A stretch of DNA of 64,000 nt from an uncultured Bacteroidia bacterium. Its GTDB lineage: Bacteria; CAIWAD01; BS150m-G50. Under the pieces are notes generated by a model that made no database searches, had not been told where the DNA came from, and worked only from the letters and a program-made list of their open reading frames with translations. The stretch spans positions 40,080 through 104,079 of the forward strand of contig CAZCRT010000002.1 of the NCBI GenBank assembly GCA_964501185.1. The letters run 5' to 3'. Positions within the stretch are counted from its first letter, which is position 1, and the number at the start of each line of letters is the position of its first letter. Positions 19,043 to 29,034 of the stretch are shown here, one piece after another. A program made the position numbers and the translations under genes.

Positions 19043-20144
19043 ATGGACATAGATACCAGACGGCAAATTGAAAATGCCACCCTGATGTTGAAAAAACTGC
19101 GGGGGCATCTTTGACATTGCCGGTTGTGAAGAGAAAATAACCAGCCTTGAACAGAAAACCGCAGCGACAAACCTCTGGGATAACCCCGACAAAGCACGCG
19201 ATCTGCTGAAGGAACTGGCAGATTTGCAGGACATTGTAAAAAGATACAGCGACATTGCCGGCAGCTTTGAAGAAACAGCTGAATTCCTTCAGGTGCTGGA
19301 AGAGGATGATCCGGAGTATGCAGATGTTCTGGTGATGCTGCAGCAGATCTATCGTGATCTCGACCTGCTGGAGTTTGAGAGTAAGATGGATCAACCGGAT
19401 GATCATCGAAACGCTCTACTCAGTATCAATTCCGGAGCTGGTGGTACTGAAGCCATGGATTGGGTTGCGGTACTCTTCCGCATGTACAAAGCCTGGGCTG
19501 AAAATAACCGTTTCCAGGTAAAAGTGATTGATGAAGTGCCGGGTGAAGTTGCCGGTTTCAAGTCGGTTACGATGGAAATCAACGGCAAGCATGCTTATGG
19601 ATTTCTCCGTTCTGAGATCGGCGTGCACCGGCTGGTACGAATCTCCCCCTTCGATTCAAACTCAAGACGTCACACATCGTTTGCCTCTGTATTTCTCTAT
19701 CCGGAGGTGGATAAGAGCATTGAGATTGAGATAAATCCCGCCGATCTGCGGATCGATACTTTCCGTGCTTCCGGTGCGGGTGGACAGCATGTTAACAAAA
19801 CTGACTCTGCTATCCGCATCACACACCAGCCTACAGGAATTGTGACACAATGTCAGTCGGAGCGCTCGCAGCACCGCAATAAGGAGAGCGCAATGAAGTT
19901 GCTACATGCCCGTCTGTACCAGAAGCAACTTGAAGAGGAACAGGCGCGCAAGGATGAACTGGAAGGCACCAAGGCTGATAACGCCTGGGGAAGTCAGATT
20001 CGTTCTTACGTACTACACCCCTACAACATGATTAAAGATCATCGCACCGGCCATGAAACCTCAAACACGACTGCCGTTCTCGATGGTGATCTGGATGGTT
20101 TCATTCAGGCTTTTCTACTGGGCGATATCCCTGAGAGCAACTGA
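19043..20144 (+). CDS. prfB: peptide chain release factor 2 with programmed +1 ribosomal frameshift
   Basis: Frame-2 ORF MDIDTRRQIENATLMLKKLRGHL stops at TGA 19112-19114 within CGGGGGCAUCUUUGAC. The +1 frame continues DIAGCEEKITSLEQK...SPFDSNSRRHTSFASV...GGQHVNKTDSAIRITHQPTG (RF2 GGQ and SPF motifs). The ORF track shows only 19224..20144. Confidence 0.85.
19101..19115 (+). other. RF2 programmed +1 frameshift site (SD-like GGGGG, CAU CUU UGA C)
   Basis: Sequence gggggcatctttgac. In-frame UGA after CUU with the C-context, and an internal SD-like element 3 nt upstream, exactly as in the canonical prfB autoregulatory site. Confidence 0.8.
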
Positions 20145-20177
20145 GACTTCCGAGCAGCGATAAACACAGGAGTGAAC

Positions 20178-21170
20178 ATGATGCGCAAGGATGCGCTGGC
20201 AAAAATAGCTGCATTGATTGTTCCTGGAAAAAAAGTACTGTTGAGTACGCACATCCGTCCTGATGGGGATGGCCTGGGTTCGGAAGCGGCACTGGCCCGT
20301 ATGCTGACTGAACAGGGGCTGGTTGTGGATATCTGGAATCACGATCTGCTTCCCAGCGAGTTTGAATTTCTTTTTGAAGGGCTGTCCCTGCGCAATCCAG
20401 AGGATACTCCGCCTGATGGTGTTTACGATCTGTTTTTCTGTCTGGATGTTTCAGTGGTGGATCGACTGGGTAGAGTTAATGATTACCTGCAGAGACAGAA
20501 GCTGGTGAGAATTGTTCTTGACCATCATCTGGGAAATGACACAGATGGTGATATTATCCTGGCCGACCACACTTCAGCAGCCACTGGTGAAGTGCTTTAC
20601 CGGCTGGCACGCAATCTGAACTGGCCTGTAAGTCAGGAGGTTGCAGCAGGGCTCTGGATAGCGTTACATACTGATACAGGTGGATTTCGTTTCAGCAACA
20701 CCAATTCCAACGCGCTGAAGATCGGCGCGGAACTCCTGTCAACAGGTATAAGTCCTGATACGCTCTGTGAAAAAGTGTATCACAATCGCCGGGTAGAAGG
20801 GCTTGCCCTGCTGGGAAGAGCGTTGGCTACGGTGGAGGTTCTGGAAGAGGGAAGATGTGCCGTCATGCATATTGACAGGGAAATGTATCACGATACAGGA
20901 GCCGGGTCTACAGATACCGATCTCTTTGTTAACCTCCTGCTGCAGGTCAGTGGGGTTGAAGTTGCCCTGTTTATCTATCCGACTACCGATGGTAAAACAA
21001 AGATTACCATGCGGGGCAGCAAAGGACGTTCTATCCATGAGTTGGCTTTAAGGCTGGGTGGGGGTGGCCATGCACAGGCTGCAGGTGCTACGGTAGAGAC
21101 TTCAATTGATGATACCCGTACGATTGTCTGTCGGGAAGCGTCAATAATGTTTTCCGGGATTCAGGAGTAA
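20178..21170 (+). CDS. nrnA: DHH-family phosphoesterase (NrnA-like oligoribonuclease/pAp phosphatase)
   Basis: HIRPDGDGLGS, VLDHHLGND (DHH) and a DHHA1-like C-terminus with GGGGHAQAAG. Confidence 0.7.
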   Translation: MMRKDALAKIAALIVPGKKVLLSTHIRPDGDGLGSEAALARMLTEQGLVVDIWNHDLLPSEFEFLFEGLSLRNPEDTPPDGVYDLFFCLDVSVVDRLGRVNDYLQRQKLVRIVLDHHLGNDTDGDIILADHTSAATGEVLYRLARNLNWPVSQEVAAGLWIALHTDTGGFRFSNTNSNALKIGAELLSTGISPDTLCEKVYHNRRVEGLALLGRALATVEVLEEGRCAVMHIDREMYHDTGAGSTDTDLFVNLLLQVSGVEVALFIYPTTDGKTKITMRGSKGRSIHELALRLGGGGHAQAAGATVETSIDDTRTIVCREASIMFSGIQE

Positions 21171-21178
21171 CCGGTGAG

Positions 21179-23743
21179 ATGAATAAGAACCAGAACCGTC
21201 TACTGGATGAATATATCCTGCCGCGGGTTGAGAAACCCGGGCGCTATACCGGCGGTGAACTCAATACTGTTACAAAAGAGCAGGCTGAAGTGCGACTGGC
21301 TCTGGTTTATCCTGACACCTATGAAATGGGGATGAGTTACTCGGTAGGCTTTGGCATATTGTATCACATTGTAAATGGGCTTGAATGGGCTGCAGCCGAG
21401 AGAGTCTACGCCCCCTGGTGGGATATGTCAGAACTGATGGCAGAATATGACATACCCCTTTATTCGCTCGAATCCCGCCGTCCTCTCGCAGAATTTGATG
21501 TGGTTGGTTTTACACTGCAGTATGAACTTCACTTCAGTAATGTTCTACGACTGCTTGATCAGGGCAAAATTCCACGTCGCTCAGCAGAGCGCAGCTCCAA
21601 TGACCCTCTGGTTATCGCCGGTGGGCCAGTTGCCTACAATTGTGAGACAATGGCTGACTTCTTTGATGCTGTAGTAATCGGTGATGGTGAGGAATCACTG
21701 CCACAGTTACTGCAGCTCGTAAGAGATTACAGGAAGAACAATACTACCCGCGAGCAGTTACTGCAGAAACTGGCGCAGCTGCGTGGAGTGTATGTTCCTT
21801 CTCTGTACAACCCGGTGTATCGCGATGGTGAATACACTGGAATCGATCCAACCCACACAGAGCTGCCACTACCGATAGTTCCAGCAAGAGTAAGCGAACT
21901 CAAAAACGAACACTATCCGGTAAAACCACTGTTGCCGCTGATAGACGTAGAGTTCAACAGGCTGGCTGTGGAAGTGATGCGTGGTTGCAGCCGTGGCTGC
22001 CGGTTCTGTCATGCCGGGATGGTGTATCGTCCGGTACGCTTTCGCGAGCCGCAGGATGTCCGTGAGCAGATGCGTCAGGCGCTCGCCAGCAGCGGTCACA
22101 GTGAAGTATCATTGCTTTCGCTTTCTACAGGGGATTATCCGGGATTATCAGAGTTGATCACACGGGAACTTGAAGACCCGGTTCACTCAAGAACTGCTCT
22201 CTCCTTTCCCTCGTTACGGCCTGAGATGTTTACTGCACAGATGGCACAGGCGGCAGCGCGTTTCAAGCGTTCCGGTCTCACTTTTGCTCCCGAAGCTGGA
22301 AGTGAACGATTGCGGGAAGTTATCAACAAGAATAACAGTGACGAGGATCTGCTGCAGGCCTGTGAAACTGCCTTTGCAGCCGGTTGGCGTCGTGTGAAAC
22401 TCTATTTCATGATTGGCCTGCCAACAGAGACGGATGAAGATCTGGCCGGAATTGTCAGGTTGGCAAATAGAGTTCGTGAGATTTCCAGAGCCTATGGTAA
22501 AGCTGTTGTACGTGCTACTATCTCCCCGTTTTCCCCAAAGCCTCACACACCTTTCCAATGGGAGGAGCAGGTTAATGCACAGCAGATTACCCGCAAAATT
22601 GAGTATCTGCGCAGTCTGCCCAGAAGCCGTGGTGTTGAACTGAAATGGCGGGATGGTCTGGTGACAGAAGTGGAGTCAGCCCTGGCAAGGGGTGACCGCC
22701 GCTATGGCAGGGTTGTAGAGCGTGCTGTTGATGCTGGAGCAGCCTTTGATGCGTGGTCAAGCGAATACAATGCTGATATCTGGCGGGAGTCTTTTGAGGC
22801 AGAGGGATTACCCCTGAGCGAAGTATCCGCCAGAATTCCAACAGAGCGTACACTACCCTGGAGCCATTTGCATGGCCTGATAAAGGAGAAGTTCCTGTTG
22901 CAGGAGCGGGAGCTGGCTTACGGTTGCGAGACCACCCCGGACTGTAGGCTGGAGAAATGCTACAGATGTGGCAGCTGTACACCGGAGCAGATCAAACAGG
23001 TTGTAGGCAGTCTTTCACCTCACCCTCAGGAAGTTAAGCTGCCCGGGCAGGTGGAGAACAAAACTGAAGCGCAGCCGCAGGAAATCTTTCGGGCACGAAT
23101 ACGCTATGAACGATGTGACGAGGCTCGTTTCATGGGACATCTGGATCTGCTCAAGCATTTTGAACGTGGGATACGGCTGTCAGAATTGCCGTTGTCACTC
23201 TCGCAGGGTTTCAACCCGCATTATCGATTTGCTGCTGGTCCCCCTTTACCACATGGGTTCAGCTCCACTGCGGAGTACATAGATCTTCTGTTGACAGAGA
23301 AAATATCACCTTTGAATCTGTTTGATTATCTCCCGGCTGGATTGAAAGCAGTCGAGTTCAGATGGCTTCCACACAAAGCGACAGCAATCCAGAATGAAAT
23401 CTGTGAAAATCACTTTCTGTTATCCTGGCTTGATGATGGCGCAAGTGATCGTCAGTTGCTTCAGGAAGCAATGCAGCAGGATAAGATTGACTTCAAGCGT
23501 CAGCGGCGGGGAAAACGTGGAAAATCAGAGCAGGTGATTGATCTCAAGCCATTTATTAAAGAGTTGAGTATCACTGGTGATCAGCTTAGATTGAAATTCA
23601 GACATGACAAAGGCAGGACCGCCAGACCAGATCATCTGGTTGCGGCAGTTCTGGGTGAACAACGGATCTCTATGATCCGTTTCCATAAAGAGGCAGCGTT
23701 GTTGCGTTCCGACCCGGAGAACCAGCTCCCGGCGGGAACCTAA
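21179..23743 (+). CDS. B12-binding-domain radical SAM protein (TIGR03960-like) fused to a DUF2344/TIGR03936-like C-terminal domain
   Basis: CSRGCRFCHAG radical SAM motif after an N-terminal B12-like domain. About 250 extra C-terminal residues. 854 aa in total. Confidence 0.7.
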   Translation: MNKNQNRLLDEYILPRVEKPGRYTGGELNTVTKEQAEVRLALVYPDTYEMGMSYSVGFGILYHIVNGLEWAAAERVYAPWWDMSELMAEYDIPLYSLESRRPLAEFDVVGFTLQYELHFSNVLRLLDQGKIPRRSAERSSNDPLVIAGGPVAYNCETMADFFDAVVIGDGEESLPQLLQLVRDYRKNNTTREQLLQKLAQLRGVYVPSLYNPVYRDGEYTGIDPTHTELPLPIVPARVSELKNEHYPVKPLLPLIDVEFNRLAVEVMRGCSRGCRFCHAGMVYRPVRFREPQDVREQMRQALASSGHSEVSLLSLSTGDYPGLSELITRELEDPVHSRTALSFPSLRPEMFTAQMAQAAARFKRSGLTFAPEAGSERLREVINKNNSDEDLLQACETAFAAGWRRVKLYFMIGLPTETDEDLAGIVRLANRVREISRAYGKAVVRATISPFSPKPHTPFQWEEQVNAQQITRKIEYLRSLPRSRGVELKWRDGLVTEVESALARGDRRYGRVVERAVDAGAAFDAWSSEYNADIWRESFEAEGLPLSEVSARIPTERTLPWSHLHGLIKEKFLLQERELAYGCETTPDCRLEKCYRCGSCTPEQIKQVVGSLSPHPQEVKLPGQVENKTEAQPQEIFRARIRYERCDEARFMGHLDLLKHFERGIRLSELPLSLSQGFNPHYRFAAGPPLPHGFSSTAEYIDLLLTEKISPLNLFDYLPAGLKAVEFRWLPHKATAIQNEICENHFLLSWLDDGASDRQLLQEAMQQDKIDFKRQRRGKRGKSEQVIDLKPFIKELSITGDQLRLKFRHDKGRTARPDHLVAAVLGEQRISMIRFHKEAALLRSDPENQLPAGT

Positions 23744-23794
23744 GCAACGCTGCTTTGCATAAAGAAGTTGCGCTCTGGCGTATACGAGGTAATG

Positions 23795-25675
23795 ATGACA
23801 AGTTTTCTACAGGATATAAACAAACCTGAGGATATTCGTTCATTGACGATGTCACAGTTGGTTCAACTGGCTCAGGAAATACGTGAATACGTTATCGAAG
23901 TGATTACCCAGACGGGCGGTCACCTCGCTTCAAGCCTGGGTGTGGTTGAGCTCACACTGGCGCTGCACCGTGTGTTTGACTCCCCGCAGGATATTATCAC
24001 CTGGGATGTTGGCCATCAGACCTATATTCACAAAATTCTTACCGGCCGTCGCGAACAGCTGAAGACGATCAGGCAGCAGGGAGGGCTGGCTGGCTTTCAG
24101 GCCCGCAGCGAAAGCGTTTACGATAATTTTGGTGCCGGCCATGCTTCCACTTCAATTTCTGCAGCACTGGGTTTTGCCCGCGCCCGGGATCTTCAGGGTG
24201 GGGACAACCATGTGATCGCAGTAATCGGTGACGGCGCCATGACTGGTGGTATGGCTTTTGAAGCACTCAATAATGCCGGCCGCAGCGGCTCAGATATACT
24301 GGTAATTCTGAACGACAACGAGATGTCTATCTCCCGCAATGTTGGTGCACTGTCTACCTATTTTACAGAGATTGCCAGTAACCCTCTCTACAACAGGATC
24401 CGTGATCAGATATGGGATATTGCCGGCAAACTGCCGGTCGGTTCCCGTACTGTAAGGGAGATAGGACACAAACTGGAGGAAAGCGTCAAGACGCTGGTTC
24501 AACCCGGTGTGATGTTTGATGAGCTGGGTTTCAAGTTTTATGGACCGGTCAACGGTCACTCACTGAGTGATCTGGAAAGTGTTCTGACCCGGATGAAGAA
24601 TATCCGGGGGCCCAAGATGTTGCACATCAAGACCGTAAAAGGCCGGGGATGGACAATGTCGGAAAGCAATCCGATCAGCTACCATGGTGTTTCCGGTAAG
24701 CCGAAAATCGCTCCCCCTGACCATGAAAAGAAGATGCCTTCCTTTAACACTGTCTTGACCGATACGCTGATTGATCTGTCAGAGCGCGATCCCCGCATAG
24801 TGGCCATTACTGCTGCCATGGCTGAGGGAACAGGCCTGGTGCGCTATCAGAAGGAGTTGCCGGAGCGCTTTTTTGATGTCGGTATCGCAGAGGGGCACGC
24901 TGTAACATTTGCCGCCGGCCTGGCTGCTGCCGGGATGAAGCCGGTTGTCTGTATTTATTCGACTTTCCTGCAACGGGCCTTCGATCAGATTCAGCATGAT
25001 GTGAATCTGCAGAAGCTACCGGTAATCTTCGCCCTGGATCGCGCTGGCCTGGTCGGTCAGGATGGGGCCACACACCAGGGCGCGTATGATCTGGCCTATC
25101 TGAGTAGTCTGCCAGATATGACTGTAAGCGCACCCAGAGATGGTAATGAGCTGCGAAACCTGCTTTTCACTGCCCTCAATGAAGATATTAGCGGGCCGTT
25201 TGCGATTCGCTATCCTAAGGAGAGTGTTATCCGTCTGGACGAAGAGATACGCTATCAACCGGTACCTGTTGGCAGTTGGGAGCAATTACTGGAAGGTGAG
25301 AATGTGGCGCTGCTCGCTGTCGGGCCGCTGGTGGAGGAATCGTTACGGGCTGCCGCACTGCTTGCTGACCAGGGTATCAATCCAACCGTAATCAATTGCC
25401 GCTATATAAAACCGATGGACCGAGAACGGCTGGCAGAACTGGTAGATTATCAGCTGGTGGTAACTCTGGAAGAGGGAAACATTGTCAATGGCTTCGGTGC
25501 CATGGCGGCGAATCTGCTCTACAGTGAGTTTGGGTTCCGGGGGAAGTTGCGGAAGCTGGGGTTCAGGGATGTGAACATTGAGCATGCTACCCGCAGTGAA
25601 CAGGTTAATGCTACCGGGCTGGATGCTGCTGGTATTGCCGGAACAGTCAAGGAGCTGCTGGATAAGGAACAATAG
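23795..25675 (+). CDS. dxs: 1-deoxy-D-xylulose-5-phosphate synthase
   Basis: GGHLASSLGVVELTLALH, WDVGHQTY and a TPP-binding GDG...N region. ATGATG start with GAGG SD. The track ORF starts 27 nt earlier. Confidence 0.9.
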   Translation: MTSFLQDINKPEDIRSLTMSQLVQLAQEIREYVIEVITQTGGHLASSLGVVELTLALHRVFDSPQDIITWDVGHQTYIHKILTGRREQLKTIRQQGGLAGFQARSESVYDNFGAGHASTSISAALGFARARDLQGGDNHVIAVIGDGAMTGGMAFEALNNAGRSGSDILVILNDNEMSISRNVGALSTYFTEIASNPLYNRIRDQIWDIAGKLPVGSRTVREIGHKLEESVKTLVQPGVMFDELGFKFYGPVNGHSLSDLESVLTRMKNIRGPKMLHIKTVKGRGWTMSESNPISYHGVSGKPKIAPPDHEKKMPSFNTVLTDTLIDLSERDPRIVAITAAMAEGTGLVRYQKELPERFFDVGIAEGHAVTFAAGLAAAGMKPVVCIYSTFLQRAFDQIQHDVNLQKLPVIFALDRAGLVGQDGATHQGAYDLAYLSSLPDMTVSAPRDGNELRNLLFTALNEDISGPFAIRYPKESVIRLDEEIRYQPVPVGSWEQLLEGENVALLAVGPLVEESLRAAALLADQGINPTVINCRYIKPMDRERLAELVDYQLVVTLEEGNIVNGFGAMAANLLYSEFGFRGKLRKLGFRDVNIEHATRSEQVNATGLDAAGIAGTVKELLDKEQ

Positions 25676-25692
25676 CGGCTCTGGAGAAAAAA

Positions 25693-26586
25693 ATGAAGAT
25701 TATCCGTGCAGACGAAGCAGGTTTCTGCTTTGGTGTCAAACGGGCAATTGATATGGTCTGGGACAGGTCGCGGAGCAGCGATCAACGGGTGAGTATTCTC
25801 AAGGAGATAGTTCACAACCGGGCTGTCATCAAGGATTTCGAGGATAAAGGTATTCACTCTGTAGCCGAGCTGGATGATGCACCGGATGGAGTACTGGTAG
25901 TCAGCGCGCATGGTGTTCCGCCGGATGTGATCGAACACGCCAGGAAAAAAGGGCTGGAAGTTCTGGACGCAACCTGTCCGCTCGTTCAGAAGATCCACGA
26001 GACTGTCGAAAACCTGGCCAGCCTGGGCTATATGATTCTACTGCTGGGTGACAGCAGTCACGATGAGGTTACCGGAATACAGGGTTTTGCAAGTGATCAG
26101 ATAGAGTTGATTCAGTCTGTGGGCGATTTACAGAAGTTGCTGCCATTGCCGGAAAAGGTAGCACTGGTGAGTCAGACCACACAATCTCAAACCCGTTTCA
26201 ATGAGATAATGCAAAAAGTTAAACAGCTGCAACCGGGGGCTGTTATTCGTAATACAATTTGTGATGCTACAGAGAAACGACAGGATGCCATGCGTCAGCT
26301 TGCGCGTGAATCCGATCTGGTGTATGTTGTCGGTTCTCAGAACAGTGCTAACTGCAATCGCCTGCGTGAGATTGCCCGTGAACATGATATACCTGCTTTT
26401 CTGATTGAGGACCGTACAGAAATTGACCCTGTTCTGGTCCGCAAGCATGAACGGATCGGGGTTTCAGCAGGTGCGTCGACACCGGAGGCATTGATTGATG
26501 GAGTGATGGTGGAACTGGAGGCAATTGCCGACCAGGTAAACAATCAAAGCAGGACTACATCCGCGCCGGAAGGGCGTACTTATTAA
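25693..26586 (+). CDS. ispH: 4-hydroxy-3-methylbut-2-enyl diphosphate reductase
   Basis: MKIIRADEAGFCFGVKRAI N-terminus and conserved Cys/His pattern of IspH/LytB. Confidence 0.9.
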   Translation: MKIIRADEAGFCFGVKRAIDMVWDRSRSSDQRVSILKEIVHNRAVIKDFEDKGIHSVAELDDAPDGVLVVSAHGVPPDVIEHARKKGLEVLDATCPLVQKIHETVENLASLGYMILLLGDSSHDEVTGIQGFASDQIELIQSVGDLQKLLPLPEKVALVSQTTQSQTRFNEIMQKVKQLQPGAVIRNTICDATEKRQDAMRQLARESDLVYVVGSQNSANCNRLREIAREHDIPAFLIEDRTEIDPVLVRKHERIGVSAGASTPEALIDGVMVELEAIADQVNNQSRTTSAPEGRTY

Positions 26587-26677
26587 ATAGACAATATGCG
26601 CCTGGCATGAGTTCATACTTCCATGCGCTTAAACGACACTGTTGAAGTGGCGTGTACAATTGACCGGAAAGGAAATA

Positions 26678-28180
26678 ATGAAGATTCAAGTTAAAGCGCA
26701 GCCATGGAGTGAACTCAAGGTTGCCAACCTTGTACTGCCACTTTTTGAAGGGCAGGAGAGTGAAACCGAAGCGTTGCTGAAAAAGATATTAAAGAAAGAT
26801 GACAGACAACTGGCATCGTTTACATCGGGTAACATTACTGCAAAAGCTGGTGTAGTTGAGAGCATGATACTCCTTAAACCTGCATCTGTGGATCGGCTGA
26901 TATTTATCGGTATGGGGAAAGCCGAGGACTACGATCTCAAGCAGGTTCGTAATGCTGTTGCAACGCTGATAAACTGGAGCAGGGTACGCCGCATCAGTCA
27001 ACTGAGCACCATGCTGCTGAAACCGGTGGAGAGCCTCCTGACAGATGAAGCTGTCTGGCACACGCAGATTATTGCAGCTCAGATGAGTCTGTTCAGCTAT
27101 AACGAATTCAAGGGTGATTCAAAACCGGATCCCCTGAAGACACTTACCCTCTACACACCAGACAAAAAACAGGCATCCTCCCTGCGTAAACTGACCGGCC
27201 ATGCCAGTGCTTATGGTGATGCGGTTAATGTTGCCAGAGAGCTGGCGATCAAACCGGGCAACGTGGCCACACCAGCACACCTGGCTTCAACTGCCAGACG
27301 CTTCAGGGAAAATGGTATAAAGGTCACAGTACTGGATGCTGCTCGTCTGAACCGTGAGAAGTGTGGTGGAATCCTTGCTGTCGGGCAGGGAAGCCGTAAC
27401 AAACCCAATATGATAGCGATGGAGTACAGTTGTGGACGTAAACAGGCTCCTACAGTGGCACTGGTAGGCAAAGGGGTCACTTTCGATTCCGGTGGTATTT
27501 CCCTGAAGCCGGGTGCAGGAATGGATGAGATGAAAGGAGACATGGCTGGAGCGGCTGCTGTACTGGCTGTTTTTTCCGTACTGCATCGTCTCAAGCCTGC
27601 TGTCAATGTAATCGGTATAGTCCCCGCCGCTGAGAATATGCCTGATGGTTCCAGTTACAGGCCTGGAGATATCATCCGTTGTCATTCCGGCAAAACTGTG
27701 GAAATCCTCAACACAGACGCAGAGGGACGTCTGCTGCTGGCTGATGGATTGAGCTGGGCCGAGCAGAAATACAAACCTCAGGCAATACTTGATGTAGCCA
27801 CACTGACCGGCGCTGTCGTAGTTGCTCTGGCACATGAATTCACCGGTATGCTGACCAACAGCAATGATCTGGCAGAACAGGTGCTGGCCAGCGGTGCTGA
27901 GACGGGGGATCCGGCCTGGCAGTTACCGTTGACACCTGAGTTCGAAAAAATGGTCAAGAGTGATATTGCTGATCTGCGTAATTCGGTTCCAGGTCGTGCC
28001 GGTGGCACGATTACTGCTGCCGCATTTCTGAAAGCGCATCTGCGTGACACTCCCTGGGCACATCTCGATATTGCCGGCACAAGCTGGAAGAAGAACAAAA
28101 ACGGTCAGACCGGGCCTCAGGGAGCTTCAGTCAGATTGCTGTTGAATCTGCTGGAAAACTTCCGCATCCCTGTCAGCTGA
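26678..28180 (+). CDS. pepA: leucyl aminopeptidase (M17 family)
   Basis: NTDAEGRLLLAD and VGKGVTFDSGGISLKP motifs. ATG at 26678 with AAAGGAAA SD. Confidence 0.85.
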   Translation: MKIQVKAQPWSELKVANLVLPLFEGQESETEALLKKILKKDDRQLASFTSGNITAKAGVVESMILLKPASVDRLIFIGMGKAEDYDLKQVRNAVATLINWSRVRRISQLSTMLLKPVESLLTDEAVWHTQIIAAQMSLFSYNEFKGDSKPDPLKTLTLYTPDKKQASSLRKLTGHASAYGDAVNVARELAIKPGNVATPAHLASTARRFRENGIKVTVLDAARLNREKCGGILAVGQGSRNKPNMIAMEYSCGRKQAPTVALVGKGVTFDSGGISLKPGAGMDEMKGDMAGAAAVLAVFSVLHRLKPAVNVIGIVPAAENMPDGSSYRPGDIIRCHSGKTVEILNTDAEGRLLLADGLSWAEQKYKPQAILDVATLTGAVVVALAHEFTGMLTNSNDLAEQVLASGAETGDPAWQLPLTPEFEKMVKSDIADLRNSVPGRAGGTITAAAFLKAHLRDTPWAHLDIAGTSWKKNKNGQTGPQGASVRLLLNLLENFRIPVS

Positions 28181-28188
28181 GGAAAGAT

Positions 28189-29034
28189 ATGATTCGCGCT
28201 GACCTGCATCTCCATAGTGTCTGTTCTGATGGGAAGTATGAAGTTCCCCATCTGCTGGAGCTATTGAGGGGTCGTGATGTTACTCTGGCGGCTCTTACGG
28301 ATCATGATACGATTGCAGGTGTTGGAGAAGCACTGAGTGAGGGGCGACGACTTGGTATGGAGATAATTCCGGCAGTTGAGCTGGCGGCCGGGTTTCAGCG
28401 TCAGGGTGAAAACGAGCTGCATGAGGTGCATATTCTCGCTTATGCGATAGACTGCAACAATTCTGAACTGCTGCAGCTGTTGAGCTGGAATCAGGATGCA
28501 CGCAGGCAGCGTAATCTGGGAATTCTGTCCCGTTTGCGTCTGCTGGGGTTCAATCTGGATGAGGAGAAGTTGAAACTGGATGAAGGATCTGTAGGTCGTC
28601 CGCACATAGCCCGTCAGCTGGTTGAAAGCGGTCAGGTAAAATCTTTCAGACGGGTATTCGATGAGTACATTGCTGAGGGGAAACCTGCCTGGCGTCCCCG
28701 TAAGTTGAAGCAGGTCTCACAGGTTTGTGATACAGTTCATGCTGCCGGGGGAGTGACAGTTCTGGCGCACCCGATGAAGAATGTTGTGCCTGATGAGCTG
28801 GACAGTGTCACGGCAATGGGGTTTGACGGGATAGAAGTGATTCATCCCGGACACAACGCCAGGGAGACAGAGCAGCTGAAGGGTTACGCTCAGGCTGCTG
28901 ACATGTTTATAACCGGGGGGTCAGATTTCCACGGCCAGGGTCCATACCTGCGTCCTGAATTTGATCCTTTACACTTCCAGGCTGCTCTGAGAGCAGTTCG
29001 GGAAAAAACTATAAATGAGGAAACCGATGCTTAA
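28189..29034 (+). CDS. PHP-domain phosphoesterase (TrpH/YciV-like)
   Basis: ADLHLHSVCSDG N-terminal PHP motif and later His/Asp clusters. Confidence 0.65.
   Translation: MIRADLHLHSVCSDGKYEVPHLLELLRGRDVTLAALTDHDTIAGVGEALSEGRRLGMEIIPAVELAAGFQRQGENELHEVHILAYAIDCNNSELLQLLSWNQDARRQRNLGILSRLRLLGFNLDEEKLKLDEGSVGRPHIARQLVESGQVKSFRRVFDEYIAEGKPAWRPRKLKQVSQVCDTVHAAGGVTVLAHPMKNVVPDELDSVTAMGFDGIEVIHPGHNARETEQLKGYAQAADMFITGGSDFHGQGPYLRPEFDPLHFQAALRAVREKTINEETDA

Noticed and set aside
19224-20144. ORF-track start for RF2 at 19224
   Set aside because: It is an internal TTG (Leu). The true gene begins at ATG 19043 and reaches this frame through the programmed +1 frameshift.
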